A DNA stretch of 64,000 nucleotides from Myxococcota bacterium (GCA_963674735.2 CAXXQS010000001.1:1504001-1568000), one strand, 5' to 3'; positions 20,371-30,693 are shown, numbered from the stretch's first letter. Program-made: numbers and translations. Notes: generated by a model from the sequence alone, not told the origin.

Positions 20371-23300
20371 TTAGTTGAAACAGGGATCGTTCGAGGTTCC
20401 CGGCGTCGGTGTTGCACACACACCGAAATCCGTGCTGTTATCATCGGTGTCGTAGCCGTCCGGATCGCGTGCCAGGCTATTGCTGTTGCTGACATCCGTC
20501 GCTACGGAGCCTTCCCAGTCGTTAGCGCCGGAGCCGTACCCCAACGTGTCGACCGGGCTGTCATTCAGCAACAGGACGATCGAATCCGCGCCGTTTTGCC
20601 ACAAGGTGCCGTCATCGGACAGGTCACGGACCGCCGCCAAGCCGCTTTCCGCGCTCGGGTGGGCGATAACGAAAAAGCCGTCATCAGGAATCGTGGAACC
20701 GCTCAAGTCCAGGCTGTAATATTCATCGCTGCCGGGCTCCTGGCTGCCGTTGTTTGCCACCAACTCGTAGCCATTGAGCGACATACCGGGAGTGCCGTAA
20801 AGCTCCACGAATTCTTTCAGACTTTCGTCGCTATCCGGGGTGTCGTAATAAATCTCATTGATGACGACACCGCTGGTGACGCTCTCGCTATCACCATCCA
20901 CCTCGCCGTCTACATCACCGTCGACCATGACTTCCACCATATCGTCACTGTCGCGCGGCAACAATTTGTGGTTGCCGTAGCTGGCATAGAGGAAGCCGAC
21001 CAACGATGAGTAACTGGTTCCGAGAGCCGGATTACTGTAATCGTAAATCATATCATCGACCAGCAGATTACCGGTGACCTCGAACTCGTCGTAACTGTTT
21101 GCCGCGGTTGTAACCGCCACATTCTGCACCTCAACCAACATGCCCTGATACATCTGGGCGGTACTATCATCCGAGAGTTGTGCGGGAATATCCACCAGTT
21201 TGGGGGCCGACGCCGGGCTCGACATCCCGGTATCGGTGATTGTCCCCGAAAATCCCGTAGACGTTGTGATCTCAAGCTGGGTATTGCAAATACCGCTGCT
21301 GCAATACTCATCGTAATTGGCAAACAGATTGACGACCATGCCGGGCGTCAGGGTGCTGGGATCGACTCCCATCTCACCGGTGATGCTGTCGCTTTTCCAA
21401 ATCAGCATGACTGAATTATAGTGAGTGCTACCCGTACTGGTAACGAACGCACCGTAAAGGTTGCTACTGGCATTGACCAGGAAAGGATTCGACGATACGG
21501 CCGCATTATCGATCAAAACCGGACCTTCACCCGGATAGGCTCCACTTTCCTGCCATTGGATATCGAAGATTCGCACTTTCGGATACAGCGTCATTTCGCC
21601 ATCTTTGACCCAGACTTCCAGATCGCTGGTAACGAAATTACCGGTGGGATTGCCGAATGGATGATGCCATTGATCGGCACCGTCATTAAACAGGAAAACA
21701 AGGTCGGCAGCCTCGGGCAGGTCGACCTGAATCACCCACCATTCGGAAATCTCGGACGTCATAGCCAGACCCGGCGTCGTTGTCCAACTTCCGTTTTCAT
21801 CGCCATCCAAGCTGTAGTGCAGATAAGGCTGCGTCCATCCCGAGTTGAAGTGGATCGTATAAGTAACGGTCGGTCCCTCTACTTCCGCTTCATCCTCTAC
21901 TTCCATCTCGTCATCCAAGTCGCCATCGACCGTTGTGGAACAATCATCGTTGGTCGCGCCGGGGGTCGGATTTTCGCAGGCGATGAAATCGACGCTATTA
22001 TCATTGGTGTCGTAGCCGTCCGGATCGCGCGCGAGGCTCTTGGCGCCATAGACATCGTCGGCCGGAGTGCCTTCCGAATCGTTCGCGCCGGAACCGTAAC
22101 CCAGCGTATCGACCGGACTGTCATTGAGCAACAGGACGATCGAATCCGCGCCGTTTTGCCACAAGGTGCCATCGTCGGACAGATCGCGCAGCGCCGCCAA
22201 GCCGCTCTCCGCACCCGGATGAGCGATAACAAAGAAGCCATCCACAGGAATCGTGGAACCGCTCAAATCCAACCGGTAATATTCATCGCTACCGGGCTCC
22301 AAGGCGCCATTGTTCCCCACTAGTTCGTAGCCGTCAAGCGAAGCACCCGGAGTCCCGTAAAGCTCCACGAATTCTTTCAGACTTTCGTCGCTATCCGGGG
22401 TGTCGTAATAAATCTCGTTGATGACAACCACAGCGGATGTTTCAGTATCACCATCCACGATATCGCCATCGGTATCGCCGTCCACAATGTCGCCGTCGAT
22501 TTCGATCTCGGCTTCGGCAATGTCGCCGTCGGTATCGCCGTCCACAATGTCGCCGTCGGTATCGCCGTCCACAATGTCGCCGTCGGTATCGCCGTCCACA
22601 ATGTCGCCGTCGGTGTCGCCGTCCACGATGTCACCGTCGGTATCGCCGTCCACAATGTCGCCGTCGGTGTCACCGTCCACGGCAACGCAGCCAACGTTCT
22701 CGGAACCCGGAGTCGGATTCTCACAGATGATGAAATCGTTGCGATTGTTGTCGGTATCAACCCCATCCGGATCACGCGCCAAGCTATTATCGCCGAATAC
22801 ATCATCCGTTACCACGCCTTCAAAACGGGTAGCTCCAACGCCATAACCGAGAATGTCAACATCTTCGCCGCTGCAGCGTAAAATGACGGAATCCGGACCG
22901 TTTTGCAGATCGATGTCGTTGGTTGTCAAATCGCTGTTGGCGGCATAGATCCCAGTCGCCGCGCTATGCGTAATCACGAAATAACCGTCGTTCGGAATGC
23001 TTTTTCCGTTCAAGCTGACGGTAATGTATTCATTGTCATCGTTGCCGTTAACGCCGACGATCGAGCAGCCATCGAGGCTGGTTCCCGCCGGTCCGTACAG
23101 TTCGACGAAGATCTCGGTTCCATCGGTGCTCGGCTGATCGTACTTGATCTCGTTGATCATCAAGCCGGAAGGGTCGCCATCGCCATCCACAATGATATCG
23201 CCATCCACATCGCCGTCAATGGCTCCTTCGATCATATCGGAGGCGCTGCGCGGCGTCAGCTTGAAATCGTCGTAGCTGGTGAACAAGAAGCCGGTCAGAG

Positions 23301-25368
23301 TCGGATAGGTAATCCCGTAGGTGGGGCCGGTGTAAGCGTATAGCAGATCATCCACCAACAAACCGCCCGTAACCGTAAATTCGGCATACTGATTGGCCGC
23401 TCCGATAACCATTACGTCTTCAACACTCACGAGGGAATGCTGCCATTTCTCGGCATCCGCACCACCCGTTTTAACATCCGCCGGATTGACGATCTGCGCC
23501 GCAGGTACACTCTCGGTGTCACCCGTATCGGTAACGGATCCTTTATCGCTCTGGAAGGGAGTCAGCTCAATCTGGGTTGAACAAGAATCGTAATCATTAT
23601 CAATGCCGCACCATTCCGATATTTTACCGGTCACATCGATCACCATACCCGGCGACATCGCGGGCGGATCATAACCGTGTTCCGGCTCAGCCGAAGTGGG
23701 TTTCCAAGTCAGCAGGCAGCCCGTCCAGGCGCCACCACCGACATCGGAAACGAACACGCCTTTCAGATCGCCCGAAACCGTAAAGACAGCGGAGGTCACC
23801 ACAACACCTTCGATCGTCACTTGAACACCGGCCGAAACATGATTCGGGCTGTCCGGATTCTGAATGTCGTAAAGCTTCAATCCATCGGGGATGTCGATAT
23901 CGCCATCGGCCGAGCCACCCATGTCCGTTGCCGAACGCGGAAGGAGCTTGAAGTCGCCGTAGCTGGTGGACAAAAAGCCGTTCAGGGCTTCGTAAGTCGT
24001 ACCCACCGGCGGATTGAGGAAATCGTACAGCATATCATCCACCAGCAGTCCGCCGGTAACGGTGAACTCGTCGTAGCTGTTCGCCGCCGTAATAACTTCC
24101 ACATCCTCGACACTAATCAGGGAATGCTGCCACTGTTCGGCCAAAGAACCACCGGATTTGACATCGGCCGGGGCCACCACCGTCGGGGCCGGCACATCCG
24201 CCGTCTCGCCGGTATCAGTAACCGCGCTACCGGGTCCAAGCTCGATCTGCGTGGAGCAGTAAGGATAAGGATTCGCAGAATCGGTCCCGCAGAATTCTTC
24301 CGTATTACCCGTCACGTCGATCACCATGCCGGGGCTCATCGCAGGAGGATCGTAACCATACTGATCGTCGACCTCTGTCGGCTTCCAAGTCAGCATGCAG
24401 CCGCTCCAGGGACCGCCGCCGACGTCGGAAACGAAGATACCCATCAAACCGCTACTCGATACCTCGAAAGAATCGGAGGTGACCACGATACCTTCGACCG
24501 TGACCTCGGACCCAACTGTCGGATGGTCGGGGCTATCCGGATTCTGGATATCGGCCAAGGACAATCCATCAGCTGCTTCCAAGCCCAAATCAGCAGCCGA
24601 ACGCGGGGTAAGCTTGGATTCTCCAAACGAAACGTATAGGAATCCTGTAAGTTTAGGGAAGATCTGGCCATTCGTTACCGAGGCCTTATAAATCATATCA
24701 TCGACCTGCAGACCACCGGTCACCTCGAATTGGCCATAGCCCGTATCGGGATCGGTAACCGTGACATTCTGCACCTGAACCAGAGAATGCTCCCATTTGT
24801 ACATCAGCTCTCCACGCGTCGCGATCTTCGACGGATCGTCGATCACCTGCACTTGAGGAGCAGCGCCGGTCCCGGTAACTACAACTTCAGACAGTTCGAT
24901 CTGAGAAGAACAAATGGTTTCTTCGGTAACATCGGTTTCCTCGGTTCCGCAGAATTCGACGTACTCACCGATCACGGTCAATTCGTCTCCGACTACCGGA
25001 TCGAAGTCGATTTCCCCCTTCATCACGACGATCAAGCCGCCGTATTCTCCACCCGCAGGCTCCGCAATAAAAAAGCCCCGCAGGTTGGAACTCGGTGAAA
25101 CAACAATCTTTTCACTAGTGGCGACCACCCCCTTCAAGGTAACCACGGTACCCGGGTAAGGATGGTTGGCGCTCGTATCATCCTGAATATCGTAGATGGT
25201 CAAACCACCATCATCGCCGTCCGGGCTATCGCCATCGTCACCATCCGGGTCATCGCCATCGGAGTCGTTTCCGTCCCCACCACCGGTCGTACACGACACG
25301 GCCAGCACTACCCACAAAGTGCAGGCTAAAAGAACCAAAACAATGTTGACCCATTTCGCTCGTCTCAT
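20371..25368 (-). CDS. Large acidic surface lipoprotein: 4 double-OB modules, 3 lamin-tail domains, 1 CBM25-like domain, DGD linkers
   Basis: Lipobox LAVSC; four xIxDIQ...PRxxxD modules; three INEIxYD...F/KELYG...TPG domains; GWTQPYLHY...WT..PG..M...FNDG..QW. Confidence 0.75.
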   Translation of the reverse strand: MRRAKWVNIVLVLLACTLWVVLAVSCTTGGGDGNDSDGDDPDGDDGDSPDGDDGGLTIYDIQDDTSANHPYPGTVVTLKGVVATSEKIVVSPSSNLRGFFIAEPAGGEYGGLIVVMKGEIDFDPVVGDELTVIGEYVEFCGTEETDVTEETICSSQIELSEVVVTGTGAAPQVQVIDDPSKIATRGELMYKWEHSLVQVQNVTVTDPDTGYGQFEVTGGLQVDDMIYKASVTNGQIFPKLTGFLYVSFGESKLTPRSAADLGLEAADGLSLADIQNPDSPDHPTVGSEVTVEGIVVTSDSFEVSSSGLMGIFVSDVGGGPWSGCMLTWKPTEVDDQYGYDPPAMSPGMVIDVTGNTEEFCGTDSANPYPYCSTQIELGPGSAVTDTGETADVPAPTVVAPADVKSGGSLAEQWQHSLISVEDVEVITAANSYDEFTVTGGLLVDDMLYDFLNPPVGTTYEALNGFLSTSYGDFKLLPRSATDMGGSADGDIDIPDGLKLYDIQNPDSPNHVSAGVQVTIEGVVVTSAVFTVSGDLKGVFVSDVGGGAWTGCLLTWKPTSAEPEHGYDPPAMSPGMVIDVTGKISEWCGIDNDYDSCSTQIELTPFQSDKGSVTDTGDTESVPAAQIVNPADVKTGGADAEKWQHSLVSVEDVMVIGAANQYAEFTVTGGLLVDDLLYAYTGPTYGITYPTLTGFLFTSYDDFKLTPRSASDMIEGAIDGDVDGDIIVDGDGDPSGLMINEIKYDQPSTDGTEIFVELYGPAGTSLDGCSIVGVNGNDDNEYITVSLNGKSIPNDGYFVITHSAATGIYAANSDLTTNDIDLQNGPDSVILRCSGEDVDILGYGVGATRFEGVVTDDVFGDNSLARDPDGVDTDNNRNDFIICENPTPGSENVGCVAVDGDTDGDIVDGDTDGDIVDGDTDGDIVDGDTDGDIVDGDTDGDIVDGDTDGDIAEAEIEIDGDIVDGDTDGDIVDGDTETSAVVVINEIYYDTPDSDESLKEFVELYGTPGASLDGYELVGNNGALEPGSDEYYRLDLSGSTIPVDGFFVIAHPGAESGLAALRDLSDDGTLWQNGADSIVLLLNDSPVDTLGYGSGANDSEGTPADDVYGAKSLARDPDGYDTNDNSVDFIACENPTPGATNDDCSTTVDGDLDDEMEVEDEAEVEGPTVTYTIHFNSGWTQPYLHYSLDGDENGSWTTTPGLAMTSEISEWWVIQVDLPEAADLVFLFNDGADQWHHPFGNPTGNFVTSDLEVWVKDGEMTLYPKVRIFDIQWQESGAYPGEGPVLIDNAAVSSNPFLVNASSNLYGAFVTSTGSTHYNSVMLIWKSDSITGEMGVDPSTLTPGMVVNLFANYDEYCSSGICNTQLEITTSTGFSGTITDTGMSSPASAPKLVDIPAQLSDDSTAQMYQGMLVEVQNVAVTTAANSYDEFEVTGNLLVDDMIYDYSNPALGTSYSSLVGFLYASYGNHKLLPRDSDDMVEVMVDGDVDGEVDGDSESVTSGVVINEIYYDTPDSDESLKEFVELYGTPGMSLNGYELVANNGSQEPGSDEYYSLDLSGSTIPDDGFFVIAHPSAESGLAAVRDLSDDGTLWQNGADSIVLLLNDSPVDTLGYGSGANDWEGSVATDVSNSNSLARDPDGYDTDDNSTDFGVCATPTPGTSNDPCFN
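20425..20868. repeat. Intragenic lamin-tail domain duplication, copy A (copy B at 21985-22428)
   Basis: Colinear at an offset of 1560; 20795-20856 is identical to 22355-22416. Confidence 0.9.
21985..22428. repeat. Intragenic lamin-tail domain duplication, copy B
   Basis: Matches 20425-20868 without indels. Confidence 0.9.
22519..22680. repeat. 27-bp tandem repeat x6 encoding VDGDTDGDI
   Basis: Unit AATGTCGCCGTCGGTATCGCCGTCCAC; about 2 further copies at ~22445-22498. Confidence 0.95.
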
Positions 25369-25475
25369 CTCACAGCCTCCTGATTGGTTAGGTCACCTTA
25401 TATTCACTAGTCTTCATTAACTGGTTACGCGTTGGCAACAGCTTCGCAGGCATGTCTATCAATGTTCTAAGATAA

Positions 25476-26051
25476 CTATGGTTTTCGCAGCTTTTCCAGC
25501 TCTGCTCGGATCGTCTCGGCCAGCGGTGAAGCTGGAGCCGATTCCCTCGTTTTTTCAAGCAATTGGACAGCTTCCGGCGTCGCTAGAACCCCCAAGGCAC
25601 GAACGGCCGCCTCCTGCTCGAAGTAATCCGCCGCTTTCACACGCGGCGCAATAATCGAAAATGCCTCCCCGCCAAAGCCGGTCGCCAAGGCAGCCAACGC
25701 ATGACGATGCAACATGGAAGCCAAGTGCCCCTTCCATTTCATCACGTCGGCCAGAAATACTTTGACTTTTTCCGAAGGGCGATACCCTAGAGCTAAAAGA
25801 GCTCGGGCTCGACGAATCGGCCACTGCTTCTCATCGGCAGCCAGCCGCATCAAGACGGCATTTCCCTCAGGTGAAAGCGCTTTCCAATCTTCGGCAGACG
25901 GAAAGTGTTCGATGCCGGACAGCATCGTCAACACCTGTCGTTCGAGTTTTGTGTGAGTTTCCCCCGCTTGATCCTGCGCATATACCAAAGAAACAGGAAT
26001 CAACAAGACCAAGCAAATCAAGACTATCATTACACGATGCCAGGCATTCAT
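25476..26051 (-). CDS. Exported HEAT-repeat protein
   Basis: Signal peptide (VYA-Q); RARALLALG, RHALAALA and EAAVRALG repeats. Confidence 0.7.
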   Translation of the reverse strand: MNAWHRVMIVLICLVLLIPVSLVYAQDQAGETHTKLERQVLTMLSGIEHFPSAEDWKALSPEGNAVLMRLAADEKQWPIRRARALLALGYRPSEKVKVFLADVMKWKGHLASMLHRHALAALATGFGGEAFSIIAPRVKAADYFEQEAAVRALGVLATPEAVQLLEKTRESAPASPLAETIRAELEKLRKP

Positions 26052-26186
26052 TGGCAGTCTCCTCGGTTCACGGTCGTTTGTGTCACTTGAGCAAACGGAT
26101 GGGGTCCGACCTGAACCGTGACGGACTCTAGCAGAAAGAATAGATTAGGTCAACGGGGGTTTTTTCAAAGACGATAAAAAATTGGT

Positions 26187-27257
26187 TTAATCGTCGTTCA
26201 GCATCCCAGAATCGAAATTCTCCAGTTTTGACTTTACCTTAGCGGGCGTGTACTTGACGCTTTTGCCGCGCAAGGCAGGGGCGTTGAACAGATCATCATG
26301 CAATATTTCTTCAAGGATCGCACGTAAACCGCGCGCCCCCACCCTTCGGCGGAAGGCAAAATCGGCGATTTCGTGCATGGCCGGACGGCTGATTTCCAGT
26401 TTGACCTGGTCCAACGAAAACAACTCTTTGTATTCACGGTACAAAGAATCCTGCGGTTCGGTCAAAATGCGCTCCAAATCCTTTGTTCCCAACACATCCA
26501 ACTGGGCCACCACCGGCAGGCGTCCTAGAAGTTCCGCAAGCAGCCCGTATTCGAGCAGCTGTTTATGCGTAACGCGTCTCGTATCGACCTTCCGGCTCAT
26601 GTTTTTTGAAAAGCCCAGCGGCCCGGACTGCCAGCGGCCACGCAAGTCGGTGAAGGTGCCGGCACAGATGAACAAGATATTGCTGGTATCGATTTCCACA
26701 AAATCATGCTTGTTCCAATGCTGGGTGACATTCATCGGCACGAAAAGACGCCGTCCTTCCAGCAGCTTGAGTAACGATTGCTGAACACCCTCGCCGCCGA
26801 TATCGCGGTTTCCGGCACCCGTTCGCATTCCACCCGAACGCCGCGCCACTTTGTCGATCTCATCCACAAATATGATCCCGCGCTCGGTGGCGGCCGTGTT
26901 GAGGTCGGCGGCGTGCAGCAACTCCCCCACCATGACCTCGGTATCTTTACCGTAATATCCGGCTTCGGTGTACTCGGTGGCGTCCACCACGACAAAGGGC
27001 AAATCGAGCAGAGTGGCCAACGTTCGAGCGAGATGGGTTTTGCCAACACCGGTTGGTCCGATGAGCAGAACATTGGATTTTCGCAGTAAAGAAGACTCAC
27101 CCAGGTGAACACGGCTTACGCGTTTCAGGTGATTGTAGGCCGCCAGAGCCATCACGCGTTTGGCGCGTGTTTGCCCGATCACATAGCGGTCCAGTCTATC
27201 GTAGATCTCCTCCGGAGTCGGCAGGGCTTCGATCAAGCGATCCTGGGGTTTGACCAC
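26187..27257 (-). CDS. ClpX-like AAA+ ATPase without the N-terminal Zn-binding domain
   Basis: GPTGVGKT, TEAGYYG, VDEIDK, GEGVQQSLLK, LGF loop, GARGLR. Confidence 0.88.
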   Translation of the reverse strand: MVKPQDRLIEALPTPEEIYDRLDRYVIGQTRAKRVMALAAYNHLKRVSRVHLGESSLLRKSNVLLIGPTGVGKTHLARTLATLLDLPFVVVDATEYTEAGYYGKDTEVMVGELLHAADLNTAATERGIIFVDEIDKVARRSGGMRTGAGNRDIGGEGVQQSLLKLLEGRRLFVPMNVTQHWNKHDFVEIDTSNILFICAGTFTDLRGRWQSGPLGFSKNMSRKVDTRRVTHKQLLEYGLLAELLGRLPVVAQLDVLGTKDLERILTEPQDSLYREYKELFSLDQVKLEISRPAMHEIADFAFRRRVGARGLRAILEEILHDDLFNAPALRGKSVKYTPAKVKSKLENFDSGMLNDD

Positions 27258-27381
27258 GGGCTTTCCTCCTGGTTAAGACGATCCATCCTTACCAGCATAA
27301 CATGAAGCCCATATCGACGACCATGATCTTTTTATTCTCTAGAAGTTGTGTCGCCACCCACTGTCGTGTAAACTCCCAGGC

Positions 27382-27752
27382 GGCCGAGGGGGGGAGGCAA
27401 TCGCGGTCCGTAAGGATGGAGGAAAGTCCGGGCTCCGCAGGGCAGGGTGCTGGATAACGTCCAGCGAGGGTGACCTCAGGGAAAGTGCAACAGAAAAAAT
27501 GACGCCCGGCTGGTCCGGGTAAGTGTGAAATGGTGCGGTAAGAGCGCACCGAAACGGCGGCGACGTCGTTTGCATGGTAAACCCCACCCGGAGCAAGACC
27601 GAATAGGGATGCATTCCCGGCTCGCCGGGATTAAGGATGGCCCGTCCGAGCATCCGGGTAGCGGTCGCTCGAGGCCCCCGGTAACGGTGGGTCCAGATGA
27701 ATGATTGCCCGCGCTTTGCGCGAACAAAACCCGGCTTACGACCCCCTCGGCC
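27382..27752 (+). ncRNA. rnpB: RNase P RNA, bacterial type A
   Basis: GAGGAAAGTCCGGGCT, GAAAGTGCAACAGA, GGTAAGAGCGCACC, GGTAAACCCC, ACAAAACCCGGCTTA; P1 GGCCGAGGGG pairs with CCCCTCGGCC. Confidence 0.97.
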
Positions 27753-27802
27753 CTTTTTTCGATTGCGTCTTCCCCGGCTACCGGCTTGACATCACATTCG
27801 TT

Positions 27803-28231
27803 TTATAGATCTTTGCGATAAAAGATCTCCCCTACCCCATCCCGATTGATTTCCGACCAGAAGCCGCATTCCCGGAATCCCGCTTTTCGATGCCAATTCT
27901 GACTAAGAAGATTGTCCGGCATCGTGGAACTCAAAACGAGCCGGTATCCGTTTCCAATCAAAAAGCTCTCGAAAAATCGAAGCATGGCGCGAGCAACACC
28001 GCGTCCTCGCTCGCTTTTCATCACCTTCAGTTGAGAAATCAACGGTTGGGTTGTCCAGACAAACTCAAACCGCAACAATCCGATCGGCTGATGAGCGAAC
28101 TCGGCGAGAATCACTTCTTTTTCGGCGATCTTGCGGGCCAAGGCCGCAGTCGAGGCATAGTCGTCGTGCCGGTCGCACCACTCCAGATCATTTTCTGAGG
28201 CGAAGCGGACAACGATTTCCCGTTCGTTCAT
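27803..28231 (-). CDS. GNAT-family N-acetyltransferase
   Basis: V...ERGRGVA motif A; N...WHRKAGF. Confidence 0.8.
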   Translation of the reverse strand: MNEREIVVRFASENDLEWCDRHDDYASTAALARKIAEKEVILAEFAHQPIGLLRFEFVWTTQPLISQLKVMKSERGRGVARAMLRFFESFLIGNGYRLVLSSTMPDNLLSQNWHRKAGFRECGFWSEINRDGVGEIFYRKDL

Positions 28232-28591
28232 GCCTGCAATCCCTTCCATTTTCCAGTGGAATTGAATCCCGACTCGACGATAAATCCACCATCGATCACA
28301 ACTGAATCCGATTTTTCTTTCATTATCGAATGAATCTCGCTGGAAATCAAGATACAAGCGAATTCGGAAAAGGCGAACCCAAACCTCAAGGTCGTCTGCG
28401 TCCGATTTTTCGTAAATCAAGCTGCAAACAAACTTTTTTCCTTGTCCTTCCGCCGTGCTATCGGTTAGCTTGTCTAAACGCGCAGTTGACGAAACAACCG
28501 AAACTACGACCGTTTTGGCTTATGACCCCGTTTCCCGTTTCAGTGGATGAACGAGGCACATCAGCCGGGCGAAAGCGTCGAGGAGCCTAAG

Positions 28592-30262
28592 ATGGGCAAA
28601 TCCTACAAGCAAGAAAAAGCTCGCTGGGAATCCAGCACCCTTAAAAAATCACTCGATCGCTTTGCCGAACGGCAATCGTCTTTCGAAACATCGAGCGGCA
28701 TCCCCATCGAACGTCTGTACGGCCCCGAAGATCCGCAAGTCGACGCAACCTACCCGGATACACTCGGTTTTCCCGGCGAGTATCCGTTTACCCGTGGCGT
28801 GCAACCGACCATGTATCGCGGTCGTTTCTGGACAATGCGCCAGTACGCGGGCTTCGCCACCGCCGAAGAATCCAATCTCCGCTACAAACTGCTGCTGGAG
28901 CGCGGCCAAACCGGTCTTTCGGTGGCGTTCGATCTGCCCACGCAAATGGGGTACGACGCCGATGCCGCTCTAGCTCGGGGTGAAGTGGGCAAAGTCGGCG
29001 TCTCGATCTGCTCGCTGCAAGACATGGAGAAGCTGTTCGACGGCATCCCGCTTGACAAAGTCAGCACCTCGATGACCATCAATTCTACGGCGGCGATTCT
29101 GTTGGCCATGTATATCGCCGTCGCCGAAAAACAGGGAGTCGCCCCCGCCCAGCTGCGCGGCACCATCCAAAACGACCTTCTGAAAGAATACATCGCACGT
29201 GGCACCTACATTTTCCCGCCGCAGCCCTCCATGCGCATCATCACCGACCTGTTCGCCTACTGCAACGAGCAGGTTCCCAAGTGGAACGCCATTTCCATTT
29301 CGGGCTATCACATCCGTGAAGCGGGCAGCACCGCCGCCCAGGAAGTCGGTTTCACCATTGCCAACGGGATCGCGTATGTGGAAGCCGCCCTGCGTAAAGG
29401 TCTCGATCCCGACACCTTCGCCAGCCGCCTTTCGTTTTTCTTCGCCGCTCACAATAACCTGTTCGAAGAAGCCGCCAAGTTCCGCGCCGCCCGTCGGCTA
29501 TGGGCACGCGTGATGAAGGAACGGTTCGGGGCGAAGAAACCATCGTCGCTGCTGCTGCGTTTCCATACCCAAACGGCCGGTTGCACGCTTACCGCCCAGC
29601 AACCCATGAACAATGTTGTGCGTGTGACCTTGCAAGCTTTGTCCGCCGCACTGGGCGGAACACAGTCGCTGCACACCAATTCTCTCGACGAAGCCCTGGC
29701 CTTGCCGTCCGAGCAAGCCGTCACGTTGGCGCTACGCACCCAGCAGGTCATCGCCTATGAGTCCGGGGTCGGCGACACCATCGACCCCCTGGCGGGTTCG
29801 TACTTCGTCGAATCCCTTACCGACCAGATCGAAAAACTGGCCGAAGACTACATCCAGAAAATCGACGAGATGGGTGGTTCCGTAGAAGCCATCGAGCGCG
29901 GGTTTCAACAGAAGGAAATCCACGATGCCGCCTATGCCGAGCAGCGCCGTATCGAAGACGAAAAACAAATCGTGGTCGGAGTCAATCGTTTTCAAGATGA
30001 CAAGGAAAACCCCGTTCCGCTTCAGCGGGTTAGCGGCGAAGCCGAAGAGCGGCAGGTCGCCGCCTTGAAGACGCTTAGAGCCGAGCGGAATCAAAGTGAA
30101 GTCAATGCCGTACTCGCAGCCTTGAAAACGGCGGCTGGAAGCGAGGTGGACAACCTGGTTCCGCTCATCGTTCAAGCCGTCAAAGCTTACGCGACAGTGG
30201 GCGAAATCACCGATACGTTACGCGACGTTTACGGCCACTATCGCCCCCCAACCGACCTGTAA
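28592..30262 (+). CDS. Methylmalonyl-CoA mutase large subunit
   Basis: RQYAGF (Tyr89) and KEYIARGT (Arg207) retained; adjacent to the epimerase; ATG 28592 follows GAGGAG. Confidence 0.92.
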   Translation: MGKSYKQEKARWESSTLKKSLDRFAERQSSFETSSGIPIERLYGPEDPQVDATYPDTLGFPGEYPFTRGVQPTMYRGRFWTMRQYAGFATAEESNLRYKLLLERGQTGLSVAFDLPTQMGYDADAALARGEVGKVGVSICSLQDMEKLFDGIPLDKVSTSMTINSTAAILLAMYIAVAEKQGVAPAQLRGTIQNDLLKEYIARGTYIFPPQPSMRIITDLFAYCNEQVPKWNAISISGYHIREAGSTAAQEVGFTIANGIAYVEAALRKGLDPDTFASRLSFFFAAHNNLFEEAAKFRAARRLWARVMKERFGAKKPSSLLLRFHTQTAGCTLTAQQPMNNVVRVTLQALSAALGGTQSLHTNSLDEALALPSEQAVTLALRTQQVIAYESGVGDTIDPLAGSYFVESLTDQIEKLAEDYIQKIDEMGGSVEAIERGFQQKEIHDAAYAEQRRIEDEKQIVVGVNRFQDDKENPVPLQRVSGEAEERQVAALKTLRAERNQSEVNAVLAALKTAAGSEVDNLVPLIVQAVKAYATVGEITDTLRDVYGHYRPPTDL

Positions 30263-30276
30263 CCGGGAGTTGAATC

Positions 30277-30681
30277 ATGATTCGCAAAATCGACCATATC
30301 GCCATCGGCGTCCGCGACCTCGACCAAGCCGTTTCGTTCTACCGAGACGCACTGGGCCTCGTTCCGTCCGCACCGGAAGACGTTCCGTCTCAAAAGGTAC
30401 GCGTCGTGATGATTCCGGTGGGAGAGGTCAAAATCGAATTGATGACACCGACCGCCGAGGATAGTCCGCTGGCGAAAAGCATGGCCAAACGCGGCGAAGG
30501 CATCCAGCATATCTGTTTCCGTTCGGACGATGTTGAGGGTGAACTGACCACATTGAAAAGCAAAGACATCGCCACGCTGCAAAACGCTCCCATCGAAGGC
30601 GCACACAACACTCTGGCGTTTTTCCTGCATCCTAAAGCCGCCAACGGCGTCTTATTGGAATTCAATCAAAAGAAGGCGTGA
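30277..30681 (+). CDS. mce: Methylmalonyl-CoA epimerase
   Basis: IDHIAIGV, KIEL, GEGIQHI, FLHPK..NGVLLE. Confidence 0.92.
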   Translation: MIRKIDHIAIGVRDLDQAVSFYRDALGLVPSAPEDVPSQKVRVVMIPVGEVKIELMTPTAEDSPLAKSMAKRGEGIQHICFRSDDVEGELTTLKSKDIATLQNAPIEGAHNTLAFFLHPKAANGVLLEFNQKKA

Positions 30682-30693
30682 TAAAAGATTACA

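Noticed and set aside
22519-22680. 27-bp repeats as a CRISPR array
   Set aside because: The units are directly tandem with no spacers, in frame within a CDS, and no cas genes are nearby.
25433-25448. Sigma54-like TGGCA...TTCGC
   Set aside because: It is on the + strand and points antisense into the HEAT gene, not towards the operon.
28232-28591. Cobalamin riboswitch upstream of the mutase
   Set aside because: No B12-box or GGGAA...GCCACTG core is recognisable.
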